Source: Octopus bimaculoides
Taxonomy: Eukaryota
Length of the DNA stretch: 64,000 bases
Assembly: GCF_001194135.2 (NCBI RefSeq)
Contig: NC_068986.1
Location: forward strand, 71,780,745-71,844,744
Direction of reading: 5' to 3'
Positions 41,467 to 53,790 of the stretch are shown one piece after another. Position 1 is the first letter of the stretch; each line of letters starts with the position of its first letter. Both the position numbers and the translations under genes were made by a program. A model generated the notes under the pieces. It was given only the letters and a program-made list of their open reading frames with translations, was not told the origin of the DNA and searched no databases.

Positions 41467-41918
41467 CTAACTGAAGTTTAGCTGGAGATTCTGGTGGAAC
41501 CCAGAAGATAACCAACGTTAACAAAGATAAAAGAGCACAGGGGAGGATGAGGATAAAACTGTAAAAAGCTACTTTTCTTCGTAGTCGAAGTCGAAAAGTT
41601 AAATCGGGATAGGGCTCTGGGCAACACGCATACTTTCGCACATTCCTCACCGCGACATTTTCCATGATATCCCACTCATTACTTAACATATAATCGTTTA
41701 AATCCATTTTCGGAGCAGAGCGAAACACCACGTCCACCTTGAATCCGTCATATGTCCACGAACCAAATTTGAGCTTACACTCTTGATCGTCAAACGGAAA
41801 AAAGGTGATGTCGAAGAAACAAGAGCTTTTAAGAATCGCTTGAGGCATCCAAAGAGTACCGCCAGTATAGTTAACCACGACCAAAGCCTCCCGTTGTTCT
41901 TTCAAACGAGTATCAGCA
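41467..41918 (-). CDS. nAChR alpha-type subunit, exon with Cys-loop, loops B/C, M1 and start of M2 (anion-type PAK motif)
   Basis: Acceptor ttctaattgcag|T GCT GAT and donor TTA G|gtaagt; 452 nt. Encodes ADTRLKEQRE...SSCFFDITFFPFDDQECKLKFGSWTYDG...RKYACCPEPYPDLTFRLRLRRKVAFYSFILILPCALLSLLTLVIFWVPPESPAKLQLG. Contains the C-x13-C Cys-loop, the vicinal CC of alpha subunits and the M1 helix. Confidence 0.97.
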
Positions 41919-42200
41919 CTGCAATTAGAAAAATGATATAATAAAAGATAAGAATTTATTAAGTAATATTTTTTCATATATTTCATTTATGGAAATGTAT
42001 TCATTTACAAGTAACACGAATCAAATTATATCTATACGACTATGATGTGGTACATAAAAAGCCAACAAGTAAGAAAAGTGAATTTGTTTTAATATATCAA
42101 GAGGGCAGTATTTAGGTATGTAGTGACTTGTATATTGACTCGTATACTTTTCTTCAATGCTTTAGAAAAATAAGAATATCTGAGTCATAATGTAAACTCA

Positions 42201-42491
42201 TTAACCCATTACCTCCCATAATTGTATTAACTGGAATTTTTTTATGAAACTTTGATTTCTAGCAGCCTTAGAAACACGCTGGAATGATCAAAATAACATT
42301 TCAAAATAGTATTTTAAATAGAAATAAACGAGATATTGGGTGAAAAATTAGCAAACTTCATTTGAATATCAGGCAAATATACCTAGTAGATATAGCAAAA
42401 AGGTTAGAAATGTGTAAATATTGACAGATAATTACAAAATTTGTAATTTTTAAGTGATCTCATATGAGATCACTGGTAGGTAATGGGTTAA
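42201..42491. mobile_element. piggyBac-type non-autonomous element (MITE)
   Basis: TTAA-CCCATTACCT (42201-42214) ... AGGTAATGGG-TTAA (42478-42491): perfect 10-bp TIR (12/13 when extended), CCC ends and TTAA target duplication. The body is 283 bp with no ORF. Confidence 0.8.
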
Positions 42492-43084
42492 AGTATGTTT
42501 GTAACTGCATAAAATATTTTATACAGCACAATAATGAAAGAAGAATCAATTTAAATTACTAATAAATGGTGTTTCTCTATACTAAATATTAAAAACATTA
42601 ACTACATTTCTTTTTGTTTTTTAAACATTTTGACATTCGTTAAAAAAAATGGCACTATATAGCACTAACGATATATATAATGAAATGGATTTCGAGTACC
42701 AGGATGTACTCGAAAGCCTGGTATTTAATAATTCTACAAATGTGAGAATCATAATGTATATAAGGACATGTCTGACAACTGATTTACATTGTACGATCCA
42801 ACATTTTATTTCAATAGATATCCAGTATGTTGGAGACATGCAAATATCGTTTGGCACTCGTGCACTTCCTAAAAATATCAATCTCACAAATAGTTGTAAA
42901 GTAACATTCAAACGAAATTATTTTATAGTTTACGACGTAGAATAACGATTCTCGCTTTCTTTACAATATGCTTAATAGGCACTATATTTTAAGGGGTCGA
43001 GGTAAGAAACGAGAAACAATGTAAGTAATATGTTATGCTTTTAATTGCTTGATTAGAAACCTAATACAAGTTCGTGTTCATAAG

Positions 43085-43240
43085 CAATCACTAAATCGGC
43101 AAAAGAGACCGACAGAATAAGTACCAGGCATAAACAAGCAAAAAAGGAATATTGGGGTCGATTCATCCTACTAAAAGTTCTTCAAGGCGGTTCCCCATCA
43201 TGGCTGCAGTCTAATGACTGAAACAGGTCAAAGATAAAAG
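43085..43240 (+). mobile_element. Family B SINE 3' fragment, inverted relative to 44718-44860
   Basis: gcaaaagagaccgacagaataagtacc...ttggggtcgatt...gcagtctaatgactgaaacagg aligns with the reverse complement of 44718-44860. Confidence 0.75.
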
Positions 43241-43338
43241 ATAATTGTTTACGTTGCCTAACAAATGCTGAAAATTTGATACTATGATCACTGAGGAAGT
43301 AATAAACTTCCAACTTCCTTTCTATTGAACTTTCCTCT

Positions 43339-43373
43339 GTTTCTGAAGAAGAGCGTTGCTCGAAATGTTAAAC
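43339..43373 (+). ncRNA. Minimal type I hammerhead motif of a second Penelope-like family, in an nAChR intron (antisense to the gene)
   Basis: GTTT CTGAAGA A GAGC GTT GCTC GAAA T GTT AAAC: stem I GTTT/AAAC, perfect stem II GAGC/GCTC, and the same extra A after the core. Confidence 0.55.
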
Positions 43374-43476
43374 CAGCGTAGTTCTTTCCTTCCCTGAGCG
43401 TCTGCTAATACTTTACATGTACCACGTCCTCGCGTTGTTTTGTTTTTGTGTTTGTTGTTGTTTTTGGGGATTTACT

Positions 43477-43507
<31 letters not shown>

Positions 43508-44185
43508 ATGAAAGAATACGATAAAGAGACCAATGGCAAAGGTAGAATTATATACATAAAATATAATTCTACCTTTGCCACTGGTCTCTTTATCGTATTC
43601 TTTCTTTATAATATACACACGCTAATACACGACTCATGGTATATTCCCCACTCACGTTGCAACCACGTCAGGGGCAAAACTAGTCGGTATACAACACTTA
43701 CTCGGTATTACCTGTATCCTTAGGATTTGGTTGACTCCAATACCCTTCATAACCTTTATATATNNNNNNNNNNNNNNNNNNNNNNNNNNNNNNNNNNNNN
43801 NNNNNNNNNNNNNNNNNNNNNNNNNNNNNNNNNNNNNNNNNNNNNNNNNNNNNNNNNNNNNNNNNNNNNNNNNNNNNNNNNNNNNNNNNNNNNNNNNNNN
43901 NNNNNNNNNNNNNNNNNNNNNNNNNNNNNNNNNNNNNNNNNNNNNNNNNNNNNNNNNNNNNNNNNNNNNNNNNNNNNNNNNNNNNNNNNNNNNNNNNNNN
44001 NNNNNNNNNNNNNNNNNNNNNNNNNNNNNNNNNNNNNNNNNNNNNNNNNNNNNNNNNNNNNNNNNNNNNNNNNNNNNNNNNNNNNNNNNNNNNNNNNNNN
44101 NNNNNNNNNNNNNNNNNNNNNNNNNNNNNNNNNNNNNNNNNNNNNNNNNNNNNNNNNNNNNNNNNNNNNNNNNNNNNNNNNNNNN

Positions 44186-44231
<46 letters not shown>

Positions 44232-44717
44232 GTGTGTCTGTGTGTGTCTGTGTGTCTGTGTGTGTGGAAAACTAAGATAAATACACATTTTAAACTTGTG
44301 AAAGGCCTTGCATATATTTACTGCCCCGGTTAAAAATTGCATTTGTAATGTGCGAAGTTGCTGGTTGATTTCTCTTTCGAAAAGTCCTAGCTTATCCAGA
44401 TTTTCACGCAGTCATTTACTCACAAAATCAAATGCATCAATCAGTATTTATATAAATGTGAATTCATAACCTGGATGTAGAAACTGGAGTTTCGAATTAG
44501 TTGACTGTAATTATCCTAGATATTCGCATCAGCTAGGCAGCTGACCTCTGTGCGGGTACATACTTTTCTTGTCTGTCCCAGTATCCGGTCTGTTATGTTT
44601 ACAAAAGTTTTGATGAGAATGTTCCACCAACTTTCTTTGCGTTGATGTTTGCTTATCTTATCAAGGACAGGGATATTCTCTGTATTAATTCCAGGGCAGT
44701 CCTTTTTCGAATGGTAC

Positions 44718-45124
44718 TCTTTTACTCTTTTACTTGTTTCAGTAATTTGACTGTGGTCATGCTGGAGCACGGCCTTTAGTCGAGTAAATCGACCCCAAGG
44801 ACTTATTTTTTGTAAGACTAGTACTTATTCTATCAGTCTCTTTTGCTGAACCGCTAAGTTACGGGGACGTAAACACACCACTATCGGTTGTCAAGTGATA
44901 GTGGTGGGACAAACACAGACACACAAGCCTATGTATACATACATATATATATATATATATATACGATGGGCTTCTTTCAGTTTCCATCTACCAAATCCAC
45001 TCACAAGGCTTAGGTCGGCCCGAGGCTATAGTAGAAGACACTTGCCCATAGTGCCACGTAGTGGGAATGAACCCGGAACCATGTGGTTGGTAAGCAAGCT
45101 ACTTACCACATAGCCACTCCTGCC
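44718..45124 (-). mobile_element. Family B SINE, near full length, in an nAChR intron
   Basis: The minus-strand head aggcaggagtggctatgtggtaag...ggttccgggttcattccc has A-box TGGCTATGTGG and B-box GGTTCATTCCC; 3' tail gtaaaagagtaaaagag. Confidence 0.85.
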
Positions 45125-45680
45125 TTGAAGATATTTTTCGATAGCTTCTGATCACAAGTGCGATGTCTTCTACAGAAACAATGCATAATCTACATTTTCG
45201 GTTGCATCTTGGAACCCCAAAGACTTCATTGTCTCTTTTGTTTACTAGCTATTTCGTAGCAATCTCCTGTTCTTGGATTACAAATACATAACCTTCGAAG
45301 TCTGACGTGATGTAACGTTTACGAGTCCAGTAGAGGCTGTACTTCATGACAGCTTTTTATAAATTGAATGTTATATGTCTTTTGCATAATGCAGCGTGAA
45401 TCAGAGAGATGAAATATATTGGAAAACCTGGTTCTGAAGGAAAATATGTTTAGAATATAAACACAGCCTTTCTAAATGTTTTCATTTGAGAAAAAGCAGG
45501 GTGTAATAATAATTTGTTCGCTATTGCTAAAAAAAGACGTACTAGGTTTCCTCAGTCAATATCATAGAATGCACAACTTTTATATACAAAGTAGTCATAA
45601 TATATGTGCGTGTGTGTATGCATGTATGTATGTATGTATGGTTGAATGGATATGTATACATATATGTGTGTATGTGTGTG

Positions 45681-45731
<51 letters not shown>

Positions 45732-45792
45732 ATATATATATATATACATTTAGTGTATTTATATGCATGTATAAGCTATGAGAAACACTTAC

Positions 45793-45902
45793 AAGTTGTA
45801 TAATAAGATGTCGGGTAGCCAGATTCTGTCAGATGGAACGCGGATGTTTGAAATATTGCCATGTTCTTCTGGATCCCATTTCAAAAGATGGTCCGTCCAA
45901 AC
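45793..45902 (-). CDS. nAChR alpha-type subunit, 110-nt exon (WxDxxLxW to loop A); absent from the ORF track
   Basis: Acceptor tttggcag|GTT and donor AAC TT|gtaagt. Encodes [36 protein letters not shown](F). Its phases (0 in, 2 out) join both neighbouring exons in frame. Confidence 0.96.
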
Positions 45903-47146
45903 CTGCCAAATTAAAAATTATCCATTAAAAACAAGTTCACTGCCAAAATATGCTTTAGTTTTTAAAATTTATTACTTTTTCTTTTTTTCTTTTATCAACT
46001 CTAAAAATATATATATATTAAGGATAATATCTATTTTCATAAACTAATATTAGAAAATGTTACGGCTATGCAATGTTCACGAGAAGCTTATGTGAAAATA
46101 TTTGCGTCAAAACACTGTTTTTCAACATAATTGACAATACATATCGATCTATATTGCTAGCAATATTTGAAAACTTACGAAGATATGTGCAAATATATAG
46201 TTTTTTGTAAAGGTTTGTCATAGTCAAAATGGCGCTTCATTACGCATTAGCAATTATATATAGGCTAACTAAGAATACTGGAATAGCATATCCTTGCACA
46301 ATATCAGGTATCATTTTTTAATGACGTTATCTACACACTTATGATCGAAGTCTCTATGGATCTATGCTCAAAAGGTATAAATTCATATATTAGATTTTAT
46401 TTGTACAATAGCTGATGCAGCCACGATTCGTTCCACTGCTATAATTTACTTAACGCCTGATGGTATTTACTACAAAACCGAGTATAAAAGGTAAATATGG
46501 ATTTCACAAAGACAATAATTTGTTTCATAAATGTGCAAGGTTCCACTGACTCTACAACATTTGAATAATTTATTGATTAGTGTACCTTATCACATCATTT
46601 TGTAAAGCTTCTAAATAGATGGTTCTCTAATATTTTAGAACACTATTGATATAAGATGTTCAAAACAGCAGAAACCTGTCCGGAGCTGTTTTCTGTACTT
46701 GCCGGGAAAATAATATATTAATATATTTTTCTCATCATATATATTACTTTTTGTTTAGCCTTTTTAATGCTCCATAATTTAATTTGATGGCATCCATTTA
46801 CTTATTGAAATTATATACAAACGTTTTACTAAGATGGAAGCCAGCCTTCCATTTGTTTTACACTTAGAAATTATATTGTGTTGTTGAATAATTACATTTG
46901 CTGATGATGATTATATAATTCCATTGAGAACCAAACTCAATAAACATGTAATAAGTTATGGTCTATTTAAGTTAGAAATCGAACTGAAGTTACTTTTTCT
47001 TAAATTCTATACTTGAAGTGTAATGGGAAAGAAGAAACTAGCAAAATTAGATGATAATAATTGAATCATTATTTAATATAGTCTTCAAATTGCAAATCAC
47101 ATTCATTTAGGAACAAAATATAGAGAAATTTTCTTATATTACGTAC

Positions 47147-47358
47147 ATAGTTATACCAGATATTTGTCACTAGTACTTGATTTTTTTCATCTACATCGAC
47201 AATCTGAATGAGGCTGAGGTCAAAGTTGACGGTGACGGTCTCCGATGTGTTGAGCACGGGCCTGCCTATCTTTCCTAGTCGGGCATACCGATCTAGCAGG
47301 CGCTTCACCAGGAGCTTCTCCTCAGAGACAGGCAGGTTATGATTGAAAGCGGCTGACA
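47147..47358 (-). CDS. nAChR alpha-type subunit, first visible coding exon (N-terminal extracellular domain, helix to loop D)
   Basis: Acceptor ttcatttcag|TG at 47358 (phase 1) and donor TAT|gtacgt at 47147 (phase 0); 212 nt. Encodes VSAAFNHNLPVSEEKLLVKRLLDRYARLGKIGRPVLNTSETVTVNFDLSLIQIVDVDEKNQVLVTNIWYNY, with the nAChR motifs RPV-N, LIQIVDVDEKNQVL and loop-D Trp. Confidence 0.96.
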
Positions 47359-49727
47359 CTGAAATGAAAGAAAATGTGACAAGAAAATGAGACCAGTCAG
47401 ATACACAATATATCAGCAAAATATTATATTATTGTCCGTTATTATCAAAACAATCTTCTTTCAGAATGAGTATTTCAAAGATGAGTTTTAGAATGTGTGT
47501 TAATGACTCATTGAATTTTCGAGAAGTGTAAACGTATACATTAATATGTCATGTGATAGCATAACTATTAATATGACTTGTCTGTAAATAGGGCTATTTT
47601 CAGCTTGCGCCTCGTCATTATACTAATGCATATTATATGCACCCGGTAGTCAAAATTAATATCGACTGGATCTAAGTGTTTGTTCCAGTACTGAAACGTT
47701 TCTTATTAATTTTGGCACCCTTGTTGGGAATCTTTTTTTCTATAGTAAAAAAATGCGTAAACCCCACTGTTTCCATGTGTACTTGTAAAGCTGCTTTACC
47801 GTTGCCCTTCTTGCAATTAAAGGAATCTTGGTCATTATCATTGTTGTCTTTTATGCTGTCATCCCGTTATTTTCATCTCCAAAATAAGAATTACTAACAT
47901 GGAAACGTTCCATTTTTTATGACCCATTAATTCTTTCTATTTTTTGCCTCTTTGGAGTAAAAAAACACTATTCTAAAACATCTTTTTCTCGGTTTGTCGT
48001 AATATTTGTCATAATTTTATCAATATTTTGACATAGCAGGAATGATATGCCCACCAAATGAAATACCGAAATATTTCTGCAAACGTTAAATAAGGCGGAA
48101 AATAACATAGATGTAGATACTTCACATGAAAAAGAACGTGAACTTTTCAATACTGAAGGTTACTTTAATACCGTACTCGACAGAGTAACAACGAAAGCAG
48201 AATCTCTCACATATAAACATGACAACATTAGTGAAAACGTCTTGTGGATATTGGTTCAAATAGTGAGCTCTGTAAATGGGCAGGGGTCATGTTTAGTAGG
48301 AGCTCGAGGAATTTACTTCGGAGCGAGAAAGAAGAAATTTAAAGTATCTTTGCTTCACTTAAAGCGAATCAGGATTCAGTCAATCCTTCAAAGGGGCAGT
48401 TAAAGAATGCCCTGGGAACGCAATATTAGCTGGAATTAAGTAAAGAACTACCGGAAAGAAAGATAATAAAAGACAAACTTATATAGAAAGAAGGAGGAAC
48501 CTAAATATAAGCTGGATCAAATGCCAATAAAGATGAGATGGAGGCCTAGTATATTTCTTAGATGATGTAATTACCAAATTCCTAATACGGTTGGTATATG
48601 GTAAGTACATCAAGAATACCAATATATCACAGCGCGCCGGAGAAAATGCATGCAGAAGGTGTATGACATTTCTTATGCAGAGAATGTTGAAAGATACCGT
48701 CGGAATCGCCAGACTCCATTACTAGCGGGAGATGGTGAGCAGGGAGGTAGATATTTAACCAAACCTAACCAGTGGCGTTTTATTTGTCTAATTATGAAAC
48801 TATAGCTTATGAAAAATTAATAAAAATAACACTTTTGCCTGCTGAACGTAATTAATATTTTACATATTTCGTTAAATGGATCTTTTTCTAAGACATCATA
48901 AGAAATGGAGTTAACAGTGGATAACCGTTTGCTTTCTAAATATATGTACATACCAACAATGAAACAAAGAACATGAGGACAAAGAGGCATGTTTAAACAA
49001 TGTCCAATGCTTATACAGTATACAGATATTTAATATATCAATATGTACATTCTAAATAATAAACAGTTGATAAGAAAATGAAAAAGTTAGTTTCTGGTCA
49101 AGTTGACATACCAAGAAACGTGGTTACACTGGGTGTTGTATGACGAAAATCGAATGGAGTGAAATGTATTATTTATTCCTTAATCTTGTAAACAGTTGAG
49201 ATACATGCTGTTGATACCGATGACCTTAGTTTTATAATGATACTAAAAGCATTATAATGACTGTAAAATTTAATATTAACATTGAACTTAATATTGTTAA
49301 TATTATAAATAGTTGTCGCACCACAAACCCTGGAGCCACCTGGTGTCATATTTCATTAACATCAAGATAACTTGCAAGTAGAATTCTGTCACATCCCGTA
49401 GAGATTGCACAGTGAATTTACAATATAAGCATAATCAACGGCTTAGAAATTCCGTCGTTACTGTCAGGAGAGCAATGCAGCTCTTGCAAAGCATATTTTA
49501 AATTCAGAGAAACGGGGAAATCTAGCAGCATTGGGTGGGAAGTGTTCTTAGATAAGTGCAAGTATTTAGAAACGGTCCAAACTCCATGTTTTTGATAAAG
49601 ATATCCCAATCCTAAAGAACGGATCCGAAATAATCTCTATCTTCTGGTACATTGAGACATTAAAGATTGCATGATAGCTAAACATTACAACAGTTTATGA
49701 GTTACTTCATATCAAAAAGTATATATG

Positions 49728-49856
<129 letters not shown>

Positions 49857-50458
49857 TAAGCAGACTGTTGCAAAGACAAAGTACACATATTAAACGTTTT
49901 TCTTCCCGTTTAAAATACAGCAGCATAGAATATACTTTCAGAAATTCTTATTTACCGATTACTATTGTCAATAAAAAGTTAAGGATGCTCATAAAAGATT
50001 ATTGACACAATTAATGCGTGTATTGAATGAGCAAAGCTAACAATGACACGGAAACATTTCCATATACGCATGCTAGAATATATGTAGATATGAATGAATA
50101 GGTCTGTTATGTTGAATCGAAGATTGAACATAGTAAACATTTCATTGCTTAGTCAACATTTATAGAGCAGAGAGAACTTAGCATTTATCTTCTTCCCTAC
50201 CGGATAATACGTTCACTGAATTCCTTTTCCTCAGATATGTTGCATTAAGTTTCTCGCCATTTAAATTATATAATTTACCATTTATGTTTGATATAATTTG
50301 GCTACTAGCGTTTATTTATAACTCTTACATTCATCACGAGTTTTACTTACGTAGATTTTTGTACTTAAATATTACGCTATTTTTGTATGAATTAACTATG
50401 TATTCCTCAAACTTGAAAACAAAATAGCCAAAATGAATAAGAAAAAATTTTCCCCGTG

Positions 50459-50497
<39 letters not shown>

Positions 50498-50781
50498 CTT
50501 TCCAGATGCAACATTGCATAACATAATTAGCTATTCTGAAAATTGTAGAGAGTCCTCTGATTACTTTATTTGGTCTATAGCTCATATATACATATATATA
50601 AAAGTTCCTGGTGAAAGGCCTAGTTGGAGGCTCAACCTTCCGAGTCCTTTTACAGAGCTTAGAAAAACTGAAGGGCAGCTGCAATAAGTGTGTGAATCTG
50701 AGAGAGGAATATGTGGAATAAAATCATAATTAACTGATCCTTCAATATTTTCTTTTATCCAAAGCCAGGAACTTTTCAGCA

Positions 50782-50826
<45 letters not shown>

Positions 50827-53132
50827 TCAGAGTGTTTCAGACCAGTACGAAATTAACTTTATCTACCAGGTAGGAAACAGTTCCTTTACGTTGCTAAGGA
50901 CACTTTAATGACACACAGTCTTATTTCCTCAGTTTCAATCTATGGTGTTGTTCCCAGTATAGAAAATTATACAAAGCTTTTAAATCTAAACAGATTACTG
51001 AATGCGGCATGTATTTGTTTATGGACTCGCTTAGAGAATATGCACGTATTAGCAGTAATATTTCTTCAGATATTTTTTTAAAATCAACCAACCCACAAAA
51101 TATTTCTCACCTAATTCTGTTTATAAGGCAATTTTTGTATGCCTTTTTTTTTTTTTCACTTCTCCGATATGCTTCTTTTTTTTTTTTTCTTTACTCAGAG
51201 TAAATGTTTCATTTCTGAAGCTCTCTTTTGTAAAATATCACTTCCTGATATTTTACAAAATTGATTTTGGATATTTTGGCTTCATACATTCAATTTAGTT
51301 TCTCTGTTACCCTCAGGTTAATTTGTTTTCTATATATGCCACTCAAACAATTTCCTTTTAATTCTTTCATTGTTTCTTTGTAATCATATTCTATACAAAT
51401 TTTTGAGCTTTTGCGAATTGCATTGCTTCTAGCCTAAGTAATAATTGGGATGCAGCTGTTGAAGACATGTGATAGGAATCTCAAAATAAATTTTATTCCC
51501 AGCTGCTAGAGTTTTCTATACATTGTTCTTTCAATTGTCATTTAATGAGCAAACCAATTAACATTACACTATTTCTCATTGAATGCAGAGTATAAACGCA
51601 AATGGTGGAGAAGGAAGATGATTTAGTACAGAATATTTCAATAGTAGGAACACATTCCGCTTCTATATAGTAAGGTGAGTGAATGGTAAAAAGAAGAATA
51701 GTTCGAGGTATACTGTCTATATATGCAGGCGTTTAGATACAAGAAAAGACATTTTTTGATTCATAAATTTTAGTCACTTCCAATTCATATTTAGTAATAA
51801 TATTCGGCTGTTGCAGGACTATTTTGTGTATGTATGTGTGTGTGCGTGTACACGCGCGTATTTGGGCAAGTATTTAACATGCGTTACTTAGTTCATTTTA
51901 GAATTAGTCTGAGAGATTACAATAACGAAAAGACATAAATTTATACGTATGCCATAAGACAGAATTCCACTAAGAAGCTGGTCGCAATCAATAGTTGGAA
52001 TTGTCTGTCGGTTGACTAGCCAATAACCATTGAATAACTGAGATGGAGCAAATGAAGTAAGGTCAGTAAGAGGCGTAATAATATTTGGAATGCAGAGAGG
52101 CATAAATGTAGCACGAGAGAGAGTGAGAGAGAGAGCGAGAGAAAGAGAGAAATTGGCAGGAAAACAGAGAAAGAGAGATAGTGAAAGACAGTGTAATAGG
52201 TATTGCCAGGGACGAAATACAAAGCGAAACCTGCCGCGGCCACTAAATGAAGGCAGAATTTCCATGAAAAAGAGTGGTGGTACAGGAGGAGAGAAATGTA
52301 AATAGAAACTGAAAAATAAGTCTCTAACTTTTTTATTATATCCGAGTGGATTGCGAGATACGATAGAGTCGCCGGCAGCTATGTCCCACGAACATTCTAC
52401 AAATTGTATAAACTCGTACAAAACGTGGTTTCGACAGACCACTTGAGGCACATTACAAGGAGATCAATGGTAACTGTACAGATATAAAACTTAAGGACTA
52501 ATAATCAAGACATCTAATGGAAGTGATCGAAACGCAAATACAAGTTCTTGTAATAGAGATAAGCAGATAATGGGTATGAGAATGAAAATAGTTTCTATAG
52601 CATTGGGATAACTTGTTATAATAAAGCACGTTCACAAAGACATAAAACTTGTAAAAGGGCCTACAAAGTTACACATTTATACACAGTTCCAAAAATAGCC
52701 TAAATGGTCGCATTTCACATCCTATGGATAACACTGCAAATCCGACAGTACAATTTCTTCATACCATCCATTTTCTACAATTACTAACCAAGAAAATTAA
52801 TACAACTCATAACTCACCTTGAAACAATCTAACACAACTACCACTCAGTGAAATAACACAATGAATATTCTTACACAGTCGATAACCGACAATATAACAC
52901 AAGAAAAGACAGCATAACAAATTCTACAACAAAGCAAACTACGTGATATTCTACGTGAAATGTAATTCTACATTTCCTAGCAATGTGCATCCCGAAGCTT
53001 CACATCCTCCAGAAAAACGGAGGTACGCTTTGTGACGCAGTAGATACTAGTATATAACTGTTGATCACATTTTGATTTGTACATACATACTTCTACTACA
53101 ATTACTACTAAAACAACAACAATAATAATAAT

Positions 53133-53790
53133 AATGGTTTCAAATTTTGGCACAAGACCAGCAGGTTCGGAGGAGGGATGACGTTGATTACATCGATACC
53201 AGTGTTCAACTGGTATTTATTTTATCGACCGCGAAAGAATGAAAGGCAATGTAGACCACGAAAGGATGGAAGGTAAAATCGACCTCAACAGAATTTGAAC
53301 TCAGCAGGTATACACGGACGAAATACCACTCAGCATTTTGCCTGGTGTGCCAACGATTCTGCTAACTCGCCGTCTTAACAACAATAATAATAATAATAAT
53401 CCTTTTTACTAAAGGTACAAGTTTAGTAATTTCGGTGGAGGGACTAATCTACTACATCAACCTCAGTGGTCAACTGGTACCTTCTTTTTATCAACTATGA
53501 AAGGATGAAAGCCAAAGTCGGCCTCGACAGAATTTTAACTCAGAACGTAAAGAGAGACGAAATGCCGTTAAGCATTTTCCTCGGTGTGCTAACGAGTCAG
53601 CTACCTCAACGCCTTAGCAATAATGATAAGGGTTTCAGATTTAAGAATAAGGCAAACAATTTTGAAGAGTATTAGGCGATACCATCGACCACAATACTTA
53701 ACTGGTAGTTTACTTTATCGATTCCGAAAGGATTTCAACTAGGAACGTTAAGGGCCAGAACAAACACTGTAAGCCATTTTCTATGACATT
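53133..53790 (-). mobile_element. Tandem cluster of about 3 family A SINE copies
   Basis: Repeated reverse-complement modules (ttttatcgac...gaaaggatgaaaggc...gaatttgaactcag...gacgaaataccg) separated by (AAT)n. Confidence 0.75.

Noticed and set aside
41467-47358. Receptor as an octopus chemotactile receptor (CR) or soluble AChBP
   Set aside because: It retains the vicinal cysteines and all visible aromatic-box residues, which CRs lack, and it encodes M1 and the start of M2, which AChBP lacks.
47359-47419. N-terminus MLIYCVSDWSHF... given by the ORF track
   Set aside because: It starts at TTG, not ATG, and lies upstream of a clear acceptor at 47359; it is intronic.
51888-52451. 187-aa minus ORF as exon 1
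   Set aside because: GTG start, partly GA-repeat derived, and no suitable phase-1 donor after the hydrophobic stretch.
52813-52930. Strong minus-strand donor AAG|gtgagt as the end of the signal-peptide exon
   Set aside because: The phase-1 frame has no ATG before an upstream stop, and the nearby ATG frame stops after 14 codons. It could still be a non-coding exon.
52650-53090. Penelope-like RT relic (YTVPKIA, TIHFLQLL)
   Set aside because: Only two short motif echoes amid many stops; cannot be supported without a profile search.
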